From positions 129,870 through 193,869 of the forward strand of contig DASCPX010000059.1 of assembly GCA_036012755.1 (NCBI GenBank): a stretch of DNA of 64,000 nucleotides, in the 5' to 3' direction. Position numbers and translations under genes: made by a program. A model generated the notes under the pieces. It was not told the DNA's origin. It saw only the letters and a program-made list of their open reading frames with translations, and did not search any database. Below are positions 9,678 to 17,906 of the stretch, piece after piece. Numbering within the stretch: the stretch's first letter is position 1; each line of letters begins with the position of its first letter. The DNA is from Myxococcota bacterium. GTDB taxonomy: Bacteria > Myxococcota_A > UBA796 > CAJQPC01.

Positions 9678-10652
9678 CTAGTAGACGTTGTACCTCGCCC
9701 GGTTTCGTTCGTGCTCGGCGGCGTTGACCGCCGGGTGGAGGTTCCCCTCGCCGTCGTGGAGGTAGTAGTAGTAGTCGCTCTCCACGGGAGCAGACGCTGC
9801 CTGCAGCGAGGGGAGCGCCGGGTTGCCGATGGGTGTCGGCGGGAGCCCCTTGCGCTCGCGGGTGTTGTAGGCGTCGCCCGGGTCCCTGAGCTGTCGCAGG
9901 AAGGCCTTGCGGTCGTTCCAGTTCTCCAGCGTGTAGCGCGAGGTCGCGTCGATCCCGAGCTGCCAGCCCTCGTCGAGGCGCTTCCAGATGATGCCTGCCA
10001 CCAGCGGGCGGTTCGTGGGCTTCGGCTCCTCGCGCTCGAGCATCGAGGCGACGATGACGACCTCGTAGAGATCCCGGGATCCGAGCTCGGCGTCCTGTCC
10101 CCAGGTCCGCCAGAAGAGATCGAGCTGGCGCTGGATGAGCTCCTCGGCCGTGAAGCCGCTCTCTGGGACGTTGTAGGTCTCCGGCATCAGGAAGCCCTCG
10201 AGCGAGCGGAGCCCGTCGATCTCGAAGGGCAGGTCGAAGCGAGCGGGGTCCTTCGCGGCCGCCGTGTACTCCCCGGCGACGAGCCAGCCGTCCTCTGCCA
10301 GCGCCTCGTCGATGTCGCGGATGCGCCAGCCCTCCACCACGGTGAATGGGACCTCGTCCGCCATCGGCACACCGCAGAGGGTCTCCATGATCTCGGGGTA
10401 GGTCATCGAGCGCGCCAGCTCGAACTTGCCAGCCTTGAGGCAGGAGCCCGCGGAGCGTGACTTCAGGTAGTAGCGCCAGCTCACGTCGTCGTGGATCAGG
10501 CCCTCTTCGAGCAACGCCGGGCCCAGGCCGCGGGCAGAGGAGCCAGACGGCACCTCGACGATCACGGTCTCCGTGTCGCTGGCGTCGACCGGGGTGTCGA
10601 CCTTTGTGTCGAGCACGAAGCAGGAGCAGAGGAGCATCCACATGAGTCGCAC
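9678..10652 (-). CDS. mltG: Endolytic transglycosylase MltG (YceG family)
   Basis: LKAGKF, TVVEGW, LEGFLMPETY, ASMLEREE (catalytic Glu), LGIDAT, YNT..KGLPPTPIGNP, YYYY. Confidence 0.95.
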   Translation of the reverse strand: MRLMWMLLCSCFVLDTKVDTPVDASDTETVIVEVPSGSSARGLGPALLEEGLIHDDVSWRYYLKSRSAGSCLKAGKFELARSMTYPEIMETLCGVPMADEVPFTVVEGWRIRDIDEALAEDGWLVAGEYTAAAKDPARFDLPFEIDGLRSLEGFLMPETYNVPESGFTAEELIQRQLDLFWRTWGQDAELGSRDLYEVVIVASMLEREEPKPTNRPLVAGIIWKRLDEGWQLGIDATSRYTLENWNDRKAFLRQLRDPGDAYNTRERKGLPPTPIGNPALPSLQAASAPVESDYYYYLHDGEGNLHPAVNAAEHERNRARYNVY

Positions 10653-11699
10653 CTATTCCGTCATCAAGAGCTTGCGGTAGCGCTGATCACCTTCGACCGC
10701 GTCGAGGCGGCGGAGGTCCTCGATCCCCGAGAGATCGCGAAGCTCGGGCAGCGCCTCCAGGTGGAGTGTGCTGATCTCGACGAGGTCCTCGAGGCCATCG
10801 AGCGAGGTCAGCTCGGGGATCCCAGCGAGCGAGAGTCGGTTCAGCCGCGCGAGCCGTGGACCCCTCAGGGATCTCAGCGAGGGCATGCCGACGATCTCCA
10901 ACGTGTCACCGACGTGGACGAGCCCGTCCAGGAAGCGGAGGTCGCGATTGGCGAGATCGCGCAGGCTGAGGTCACCGTCGACCCTCGTCAGGCGCCCGAG
11001 ATCGATGGTCCCGGACAGACCGCTCAGCCGCACGTCGCCCTCGACGAGGACGAGCTTGTCGAGCTGGACGTAGGCGGAGCCCAGGTCCTGGAGGGTCACC
11101 TCGGAGGCGGCGTAGAGGTCGACCGACAGCTGTCGGAGGCGGGGGGCCTCCGCGACGACGAGGCCTCCGGAGAGCTCCGGCATCGTGAGCTCGACGTCCT
11201 CCAGGACGGGGTTTCCGACGAGGCTCAGGCGAGAGGTCGAGAAGCCCTCGAGCCGGACCTCCCGCAGCGCCGGCATGCCCTCGATCTCCAAGGCAGCGGC
11301 GGAGCGCAGGCACTCCAGCTCCGAGAGGTCGACGAGCTCCGGGATGCCGACGAGGCGCAGGGTGCCGCTGAGCTCGCCGTAGCGCTCGGCGAACTCGGAC
11401 AGCGCATCGCTCGAAGAGAAGACGAGGTCACCCACGAAGAGCCCGCGCTCGTCGCAGGCCAGCGGGGTCTCCCCGGTGTCTCCGGTGTCGTCGCCGAGGT
11501 GCTCGCTGTCCAGGAAGTAGCCGGAGTCCAGGGGTTCGCTGTCGTGGAGGGGCTCGCCGGTGTCTGCGCTGTCGAGGAAGGCGGTGTCCGCCGTGTCCGC
11601 CGTGTCCGCCGTGTCCGCCGTGTCTGCCGTGTCCGTGGCGGTCTCGGCGAGGGCGGCACCCGCCAGCGCGAGGACGAAGAGAGGAAGGAGGCGCTTCAT
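10653..11699 (-). CDS. Secreted receptor-L-domain/leucine-rich-repeat protein
   Basis: Signal MKRLLPLFVLALAGAALA, DTA-repeat linker, then LxxLxxL..V.G.L.I repeats. ATG at 11699 overlaps the MATE stop. Confidence 0.8.
   Translation of the reverse strand: MKRLLPLFVLALAGAALAETATDTADTADTADTADTADTAFLDSADTGEPLHDSEPLDSGYFLDSEHLGDDTGDTGETPLACDERGLFVGDLVFSSSDALSEFAERYGELSGTLRLVGIPELVDLSELECLRSAAALEIEGMPALREVRLEGFSTSRLSLVGNPVLEDVELTMPELSGGLVVAEAPRLRQLSVDLYAASEVTLQDLGSAYVQLDKLVLVEGDVRLSGLSGTIDLGRLTRVDGDLSLRDLANRDLRFLDGLVHVGDTLEIVGMPSLRSLRGPRLARLNRLSLAGIPELTSLDGLEDLVEISTLHLEALPELRDLSGIEDLRRLDAVEGDQRYRKLLMTE
11584..11635. repeat. Coding 9-bp tandem repeat (GTGTCCGCC)x~5.8
   Basis: Encodes (DTA)n on the minus strand. 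Confidence 0.9.
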
Positions 11700-13045
11700 G
11701 CCTGAGCTCCAGGTCTGGCCCATCGACCCTGGCGGTACGCGATGGTTCCGACCAGTGCCTTGACGACGAAGGAAAGAGGGAAGGCTGCCCAGATGCCGGC
11801 TATGCCCATGTTCAGGGTGAACCCGAGCACGTAGCTGAGCGGAATCTGGACCAGCAGGGTGGCGAAGGCGTTGATCGACAGGGAGATGTCGGTGCGCCCG
11901 GAGCCCGAGAACGCGCTCCCGTAGGCGAGCCAGACGCCCACGGGCGGCATGGACAGGGCCAGCATGAGGATCCATGTGAGCGTCGCTTCGCCCAGCGGGG
12001 TGTCCGCCGAGACGTCGAAGATGGTGAGGATCGGGGTGTCGAGGGCCCAGAGCAGGATGCCGAGGGTGCTCATGACGCCGAAGCAGAGGGTCATGGCGGC
12101 CCGCACGATCCGCCGGGCCTCCGCGACCGAGTCCGCTCCGAGCGCGTTCCCGACCATCGCCGCCGCGGACTGGCTGATCGCGAGACCCGGGACGAAGGCC
12201 AGGGCCTGGACTCGCAGGCCCACCCCGTGGGCGGCCACCGCGACCTGGTCGATGCGCGACAGCATGGCGATGATGCTCAGGAAGCCAGCGTTGAGCACGA
12301 TCATGTCCAGGGCGGCGGGGCTGCCGACCCGGACCAGGTCTCGCGTGAGCCGGCCGTCGATCCGCGCCATGCGCAGCCGGAGCGTGACCCCGGGGACCGC
12401 GCCCTTGCGGATCGCCACCACCATCGCGACCACGGCCAGGGCCTGGGCCAGGAGCGTGCCGTATGCCGCGCCCTGGACTCCCAGGGACGGCAGGCCCCAG
12501 TGTCCGAGGATCAGGCCGTAGTTGAAGACGACGTTGGCGGCGTTCATGCCCAGCGCGATGACGAAGGCCAGGCGCGTGTTGCCCACCCCGCGCAGCACGG
12601 CCCCAAACAGGATGTTGAGGTAGTTGAAGACGACACCCACCAACAACGGCAGGAGGTACGCCAGCGCCAGCTCCTGGTGGCTGCCCCGCGCCCCGAGGAC
12701 GTAGAGCAGGCCAGGCGCGGCGAGGGTTCCGACCACCGCGACGCCCACCCCGAGGAGCACGGTCAGCTGGGTCGACTGGTGGAGGATGTGGATGACCCGC
12801 TCGTGGTCCCTCGCGCCGTGGGCCCTGGAGACGAAGGCGACGCTCCCGACGGTGAGCCCGAGCATCGCCACCATCAGCAGGAAGAGCAGCTGGAAGGCGT
12901 AGGACATGCCCGCGAGCGCGGGCTCCGGATCGGGCAGGCGCCCCACCATCGCCGTGTCGACGAAGAGCGCCAGCACATTGAGCACGTTGAGCCCGATGAC
13001 CGGTAGAGCCAGATCGAGAAGCCTGGCCGGGACGGATGACCGCAC
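11696..13045 (-). CDS. MATE family efflux transporter
   Basis: LALPVI..VDTAMVGRL, LRGVGNTR, NVVFNYGLI..GLPSLGVQGAAYGT; about 12 TM helices; GTG start at 13045. Confidence 0.93.
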   Translation of the reverse strand: MRSSVPARLLDLALPVIGLNVLNVLALFVDTAMVGRLPDPEPALAGMSYAFQLLFLLMVAMLGLTVGSVAFVSRAHGARDHERVIHILHQSTQLTVLLGVGVAVVGTLAAPGLLYVLGARGSHQELALAYLLPLLVGVVFNYLNILFGAVLRGVGNTRLAFVIALGMNAANVVFNYGLILGHWGLPSLGVQGAAYGTLLAQALAVVAMVVAIRKGAVPGVTLRLRMARIDGRLTRDLVRVGSPAALDMIVLNAGFLSIIAMLSRIDQVAVAAHGVGLRVQALAFVPGLAISQSAAAMVGNALGADSVAEARRIVRAAMTLCFGVMSTLGILLWALDTPILTIFDVSADTPLGEATLTWILMLALSMPPVGVWLAYGSAFSGSGRTDISLSINAFATLLVQIPLSYVLGFTLNMGIAGIWAAFPLSFVVKALVGTIAYRQGRWARPGAQA

Positions 13046-13088
13046 GCTGCGCGCATAACGTCGTCCGGTCTGGCGTAGGCTCTGTGTC

Positions 13089-14399
13089 GTGGCCGGGGTT
13101 CCGCTGACACCTGCCGAGCGGGCCGCTGCAAAGCCTGTGCTGCTCGCGCTGCCCCCCGTCGAGGGGCTCCCGCCTGTCCCGCGGCTGCTGGTCGCGGACG
13201 GGCTGGCGCTGGCCGGGCGCAAGTACGCCAGCGGTGACCAGGAGCCCAACGTCGCCGGCGACCTCTGGCTGATGACCGAGGGCTGCGTGGCGCTCCGGAG
13301 CACGGGTCACTTCCACCGCGTTCTCCGCGGGCCCACCGTGCTCTCCCCCAGCGACGTGGGCTTCGGCGGGCCCGACATCCTCGTGCTCCAGGAGGGCACG
13401 GTGCTCTGCCGGATGGCGGTCGCCAACGCCCTCCTGTTCAACGCGATGAGCTCCGGGTGGGCCCACGGCATGCTCGACTCGGCGGTCGCCGATCTCGAGG
13501 CCACGCGCGCGGCGCGAGAGGCGACCTTCGCCGGCATGGCGGACTACTTCGAGGCCTCTGGCGCGCTCATGAAGGGGCCCTACCGGAGCACCACCGTGCG
13601 GCTCGTGTTCGTCGTCGTCGAGGACGATCCGCCCCCGCCGCTTCCGTGGAACGTGTTCCCCGCCCTGCCTGGCAGCAAGCGGTGGATCCGGGCCTTCTCG
13701 CACTACACGAACTTCAAGGCCGCCGATGCACCATCTGACTACGAGTACCAGGAGTTGGCCCAGCTGATCCCCTGCGTCACGACCTCGGGCCTGGGCTTCC
13801 ACAGTGGCCGGATGTTCCCGGACGGGGTGATGCCGACCGCGGTCGGTCGCGAACTCTACGCCTTCCCGAAGCGCTGCGGCGAGGTCTGGATGGACGACCA
13901 TGGGGGTGGGGCGGCGTTCCAGGGCAAGTTCATGTTCCACGCCGAGTGGAGCGGCGGCACGGTCCAGCCGGTCCACGAGTGGATGTCGGACATGACCGAG
14001 GCCTTCCTCCCTGGCTGGGCTGGCCGGGTGCCGTCGGGGTTCATGGGGTTGTTCACCCGCCTGACCGGGCCCGTAATCTCCCGGATCGGGATTCCCCTGC
14101 GCGTCTTCACTGAGCGGAAGAGCATGGACCGCTCGCCGATGACGCCGCTCGGGAACAACGAGATGGTCAGGGCGCCCTTCCGTTTCACCATCAAGGAGGC
14201 CCGCTCGCTGAGTCTCGACTGGCTCTACGACGTGAACCGCTTCTCGCTGAAGGGGATCGCGGCTTTCGAGGTCGAGGTCGACATCAACCTCCACGAGTCC
14301 TACGCGGTCCGAGATCGGACAGGGCTGTTCCGGGCCCTCCGAAACCCCTGGCTCGCGGCCCAGGTCCCCTTTCGGACCTTTCTCGAGCTCCTGCCGTGA
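13089..14399 (+). CDS. cNMP-binding-like + acetoacetate decarboxylase (ADC)-fold protein, paralogue 1
   Basis: N-terminal LWLMTEGCVAL strand; GPY; YQELAQLIPC; MFPD..PTAVGRELYAFPKR, comparable to Adc GRELSAYPKK. Confidence 0.8.
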   Translation: MAGVPLTPAERAAAKPVLLALPPVEGLPPVPRLLVADGLALAGRKYASGDQEPNVAGDLWLMTEGCVALRSTGHFHRVLRGPTVLSPSDVGFGGPDILVLQEGTVLCRMAVANALLFNAMSSGWAHGMLDSAVADLEATRAAREATFAGMADYFEASGALMKGPYRSTTVRLVFVVVEDDPPPPLPWNVFPALPGSKRWIRAFSHYTNFKAADAPSDYEYQELAQLIPCVTTSGLGFHSGRMFPDGVMPTAVGRELYAFPKRCGEVWMDDHGGGAAFQGKFMFHAEWSGGTVQPVHEWMSDMTEAFLPGWAGRVPSGFMGLFTRLTGPVISRIGIPLRVFTERKSMDRSPMTPLGNNEMVRAPFRFTIKEARSLSLDWLYDVNRFSLKGIAAFEVEVDINLHESYAVRDRTGLFRALRNPWLAAQVPFRTFLELLP

Positions 14400-15559
14400 G
14401 CGCGCCGGCCATCCTCTTCACCTTTCCGCCCTTCACGAGCGTGGACGTCTCGCACTGGAGCACCTTTGCGGACCTCTGCATCGAGGTTCCCTTTGGTCCC
14501 GGCGAGGTCCACCAGCTCGAGGAGGACTACGTCTGCGTCCTCGTCTCCGGCAAGGCGGTGCTGCATCGCTTCGCCGACACCGAGCGCCTCGTGGAGGGAC
14601 CCATCGTGCTCGATGTCGTCCATCCAGGGCTCGGGCGCCCGGCGCGCTTTCACACCCTGGAGCCAGGAGGGACGCTGGTCTGGGTGTTGCGCAGCGACCT
14701 GGACGCCTACACCGACGTGAGCGAGCGCCTCGCCGTGACCCTCGAGCAGACTCGGGAGGAGCGGGCCGGCCTCGCAGCGCTGGGGGATCGCCAGACCTGG
14801 GTGGGGCCCTCGACCGGCTCGGTCCTTGCTGACGAACCCTATGTCGGGGAGCTCGACTACATCCTCATCGGCTTGCCCGGTGTGCTCACCGAGCTGGTCC
14901 CCTCGCTGCCCCGGGGGCTGGTGCCGCTCTTCGACGACGAACGGGTCGTGCTGGTCTTCGGCATCCATGGGCCGTCGTCTCTGTTCTCCGGCCACAATCC
15001 TCCGGCGGAGGGTGGCTACGGTGCGGTGCTGGTTCCGGCCTCCTGGTCTGGAGAAAAGGGGCTGTACTGCGCCAGTGTGTGGACCGGGCAGCTGATGTAC
15101 GTCCACGTACTGCGCGAGCTCTATGGGCTCCTCGGCCGGGAGGGAGAGGTCTACGATCCGAAGATCCCCTCTTACCCCCAGCGCCTGATGGCCTGGGGTC
15201 GGCGGCTGCGACTGAAGGCGGAGTGGCTCAAGGAGGTCTCCCCGGATCTGACCCACTGGGAGGACATGGTGGGCATGCCCTGGGACCCCACGCGCCTGCC
15301 GCTCCAGTGGTGCTTCGAGCGCCATGGCTTCGGAGTCGGTCCCGGCTTCTTCCGGGGCTGCAAGGGGGACCAGGAGCTCAGCCTCTTGAGCCTCGAGGAG
15401 CTCGAGATCCCCAGAGTCGAGAGCATGGACGGTGTCACGCTCGTCGATCCGGTGGAGCCGATCTACGGCTTCCGCCTCCAGGCTGACTTCCGCCTCGCCG
15501 ATCCTGTTCCCCTCGACCGTCAGATCCTCGCCATCACCGCGGCCTGGCTGGTCGGATGA
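14396..15559 (+). CDS. cNMP-like + ADC-fold protein, paralogue 2 (catalytic Lys absent)
   Basis: PPF..V, VLVSGKAVL, EPY, GLYCASVW, LRELYGLLGR; GTGA overlap with paralogue 1. Confidence 0.75.
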   Translation: MSAPAILFTFPPFTSVDVSHWSTFADLCIEVPFGPGEVHQLEEDYVCVLVSGKAVLHRFADTERLVEGPIVLDVVHPGLGRPARFHTLEPGGTLVWVLRSDLDAYTDVSERLAVTLEQTREERAGLAALGDRQTWVGPSTGSVLADEPYVGELDYILIGLPGVLTELVPSLPRGLVPLFDDERVVLVFGIHGPSSLFSGHNPPAEGGYGAVLVPASWSGEKGLYCASVWTGQLMYVHVLRELYGLLGREGEVYDPKIPSYPQRLMAWGRRLRLKAEWLKEVSPDLTHWEDMVGMPWDPTRLPLQWCFERHGFGVGPGFFRGCKGDQELSLLSLEELEIPRVESMDGVTLVDPVEPIYGFRLQADFRLADPVPLDRQILAITAAWLVG

Positions 15560-16866
15560 CCTTCCCCACCGTCCCAGCCGACTACCTCGCCCAGCTCGGC
15601 GAGCACCCGCTGTTCCAGGATCTCGATCCCCTCCTGCTCGCCGATCTCTCCCAGGTCGTCCTCTTGGATGCAGGCGCGCCCTACCCGGTCCCCACCGAGC
15701 GCATCGTCCTGGTCATCGCGGGACGCGTCGCCGTGTCGAACGCCGACCGCTTCGAGCGCCTCGCCGGGCCAGAGGACGTCATCGGCCTCATCCGTCCCGG
15801 GCACGACCTCACCCTCGAGGCCCTGGAGGACTCTGCCCTCCTGCTGCTCGGTCCCATCGAGCTCGGCGGAGTGTTGGACCAGCGGAGGCGCACCCTCATC
15901 CACAACGTCACCACCCTCGCCGAGCTGGAGGTCCATCGCATCCAGCTCGAGCGGCGCGAGATCGAGGCCTCCCTGGAGGACTTCTTCGACCCGACCACCG
16001 GCGAGGCCGTGCAGGCGCCCTACGTCGCGCTGGGCGCCAAGCTCCTGATGGTCGTCGCGCGTGACACCCAGTTCAGCAAGCTCCCGCCTGGGCTTCCGGG
16101 GATACCGCTCTCCGACGGCCGCTTCCTCCTGACCTTCTGCAAGTTCCCCCACTTCGGGCCCGAAGGGGGCATCGGAGCTTCCTACGAGGAGTGCATCGTG
16201 CTCGTCCCCTGCTGGGATCTCGGCGGAGGGGGGCCAGGTCTCTACTGTCCGGAGGTCTGGCCGGAGAGCATGATGGCGGTCATCGTCGGGAGCGAGCTCT
16301 TCGGCTTCGCCAAGCGCTACGGGCGCGTCACGCTGAGGGACGACCACGCCCACGTCGACATCGACGGGACCCAGGCCTACGTCCACTGGACCGACGAGAA
16401 GGAGATCCCTGTCCACGAGTACCTCGGCGAGCTCGTCGGGGCGATCCTGGGAGAGGACGACCCGGAGGGCCGGCTCATGGAGCGGCTCACGAAGCTCGGC
16501 GCCCGTCTCACGGCCGGGCCGATGATCCGGAGCGGCACTGCGCTCCCGCTCTACGTTCGTCGGAGCGTCGGTCGACGGGACCTCGGCACGGTGGACTGGG
16601 ACGTCGACGAGCTCGCCTGGGTGCCCTTCGATGTGCTCGGGTACAGCCGGCTCGCGGAGCTCGGCGGCCTCGATCTCAGGGGCTGGGGTCGGTTCACCTT
16701 CGTCAAGCCGGAGCGTGCCTTCCTGGCCGAGGTCGACATGGCGATGTACGCGGCACGGCCGGTCCGGGACCTCGTAGACGGTCCCGTGGCAAAGATGCGC
16801 TCGCAGTGGATGCGGTGGGGTGTCAGAAAGGAGAGGTTGTGGGCGACATTCCGTCGATCCTCCTAG
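15556..16866 (+). CDS. cNMP-like + ADC-fold protein, paralogue 3
   Basis: LGEHPLFQDL, LVIAGRVAV, GPEDVIG, LEALEDSALLLL; APY, YEECIVLVPC, GLYCPEVWPES..AVIVGSELFGFAKR; ATGA overlap. Confidence 0.82.
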   Translation: MTFPTVPADYLAQLGEHPLFQDLDPLLLADLSQVVLLDAGAPYPVPTERIVLVIAGRVAVSNADRFERLAGPEDVIGLIRPGHDLTLEALEDSALLLLGPIELGGVLDQRRRTLIHNVTTLAELEVHRIQLERREIEASLEDFFDPTTGEAVQAPYVALGAKLLMVVARDTQFSKLPPGLPGIPLSDGRFLLTFCKFPHFGPEGGIGASYEECIVLVPCWDLGGGGPGLYCPEVWPESMMAVIVGSELFGFAKRYGRVTLRDDHAHVDIDGTQAYVHWTDEKEIPVHEYLGELVGAILGEDDPEGRLMERLTKLGARLTAGPMIRSGTALPLYVRRSVGRRDLGTVDWDVDELAWVPFDVLGYSRLAELGGLDLRGWGRFTFVKPERAFLAEVDMAMYAARPVRDLVDGPVAKMRSQWMRWGVRKERLWATFRRSS

Positions 16867-17906
16867 GGCTGAGGGGCGCCCTCCCGGCGCTGGTCGCCCT
16901 GCCCGAGGACTCGGTGCTCGATGCCGACGCCAACCTGCTCCTGCACGAACTCGGCGTCGGGGACGAGCTGGACGTGGATCCCGACCGCATCGCCCTGCTC
17001 TCGAGCGGCCAGCTCGCGCTCTACTCGGCGGACCGCTTCGATCGCATCTGCGCGGGGCCCGACGTCTGCACGTGGTGGAGCGACGTCCAGACCCGGCTCG
17101 AGGCCCTGTCCGCCGCCGTCGTGGTGTCTTTCGATCGACAGGCCGTGGACTCCCACCGGAGCACCGTCGATTCAGAGGTCGTCGCTCGCTTCGCCGCCGC
17201 CGCGAACGCCCTCGCCGATCAGCGGCTGCTGCGGGACCGTCTACGCGAGCGCTTTCGCTACGGCGGGGACGACCCCTACCTGCGGGTGCGGGAGCCCTAC
17301 ACGGGTCGCATCGACAGCCGGCAGTTCTTCGTCCGCCCGAAGTCCTGGCCGTGGCGCGGCAAGCACCCGGACCGCGCCCTGTTCACGGTGGCCGAGTACG
17401 AGCAGGTGGGCAGCGCGGGGAGCGACTCAGGCGAAGGCACCGACTACCGCCAGGTGACGCTCTGGGTGCCCATGGACGACGGGCTGCGGCTGGTCATGGC
17501 CTGGGCCGACGACGCTCGCGCCGTGCGGGTCGTGCGCGAGCTCTTCGGTTTCAAGACCCGCTTCGGCCGCATCGAGCCGCTCGACGACTCCAGCCTCATG
17601 GTCGCGGTCGATGGCCAGCCGCGTCTCATCGCGAGGGGGGTCCTCGGCGCGTCCATCCCCGGGCCGGCCTGGCGTAGCGACGTCGGCCTCCCCGAGGGCA
17701 CGCTGCGGCTCTACTCTGGCGAGGCGCGGAGCCGCTGGACGGGCCAGCCGCCGCAGTCGGCCTTCAGGTTGAACGAGGGGCGGGCGTGGCGGCTCCAGGA
17801 CACCTCGATCGAGCTCCTCGAGACGGGCTTCGGGGCGGGCTTCGAGGTCATCAGCGCCACCGCGATCCAGGGCCGGTTCCAGATCGTCCCAGTGCAGAAC
17901 AGCTGA
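16839..17906 (+). CDS. cNMP-like + ADC-fold protein, paralogue 4 (degenerate active site)
   Basis: GTG at 16839 after AAGGAG; LLSSGQLAL, AGPDVC, LEALSAAVVV; EPY, YRQVTLWVP, VRELFGFKTR. Confidence 0.75.
   Translation: MGDIPSILLGLRGALPALVALPEDSVLDADANLLLHELGVGDELDVDPDRIALLSSGQLALYSADRFDRICAGPDVCTWWSDVQTRLEALSAAVVVSFDRQAVDSHRSTVDSEVVARFAAAANALADQRLLRDRLRERFRYGGDDPYLRVREPYTGRIDSRQFFVRPKSWPWRGKHPDRALFTVAEYEQVGSAGSDSGEGTDYRQVTLWVPMDDGLRLVMAWADDARAVRVVRELFGFKTRFGRIEPLDDSSLMVAVDGQPRLIARGVLGASIPGPAWRSDVGLPEGTLRLYSGEARSRWTGQPPQSAFRLNEGRAWRLQDTSIELLETGFGAGFEVISATAIQGRFQIVPVQNS

Noticed and set aside
10653..14294. 1213-aa ORF
   Set aside because: Only the part from ATG 11699 is protein-like; the rest overlaps MATE and ADC copy 1 in other frames.
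17904..17906. In-frame TGA between ADC paralogues 4 and 5 as selenocysteine or readthrough
   Set aside because: No SECIS-like hairpin follows, the position matches no conserved Cys, and copy 4 ends where its fold should end.
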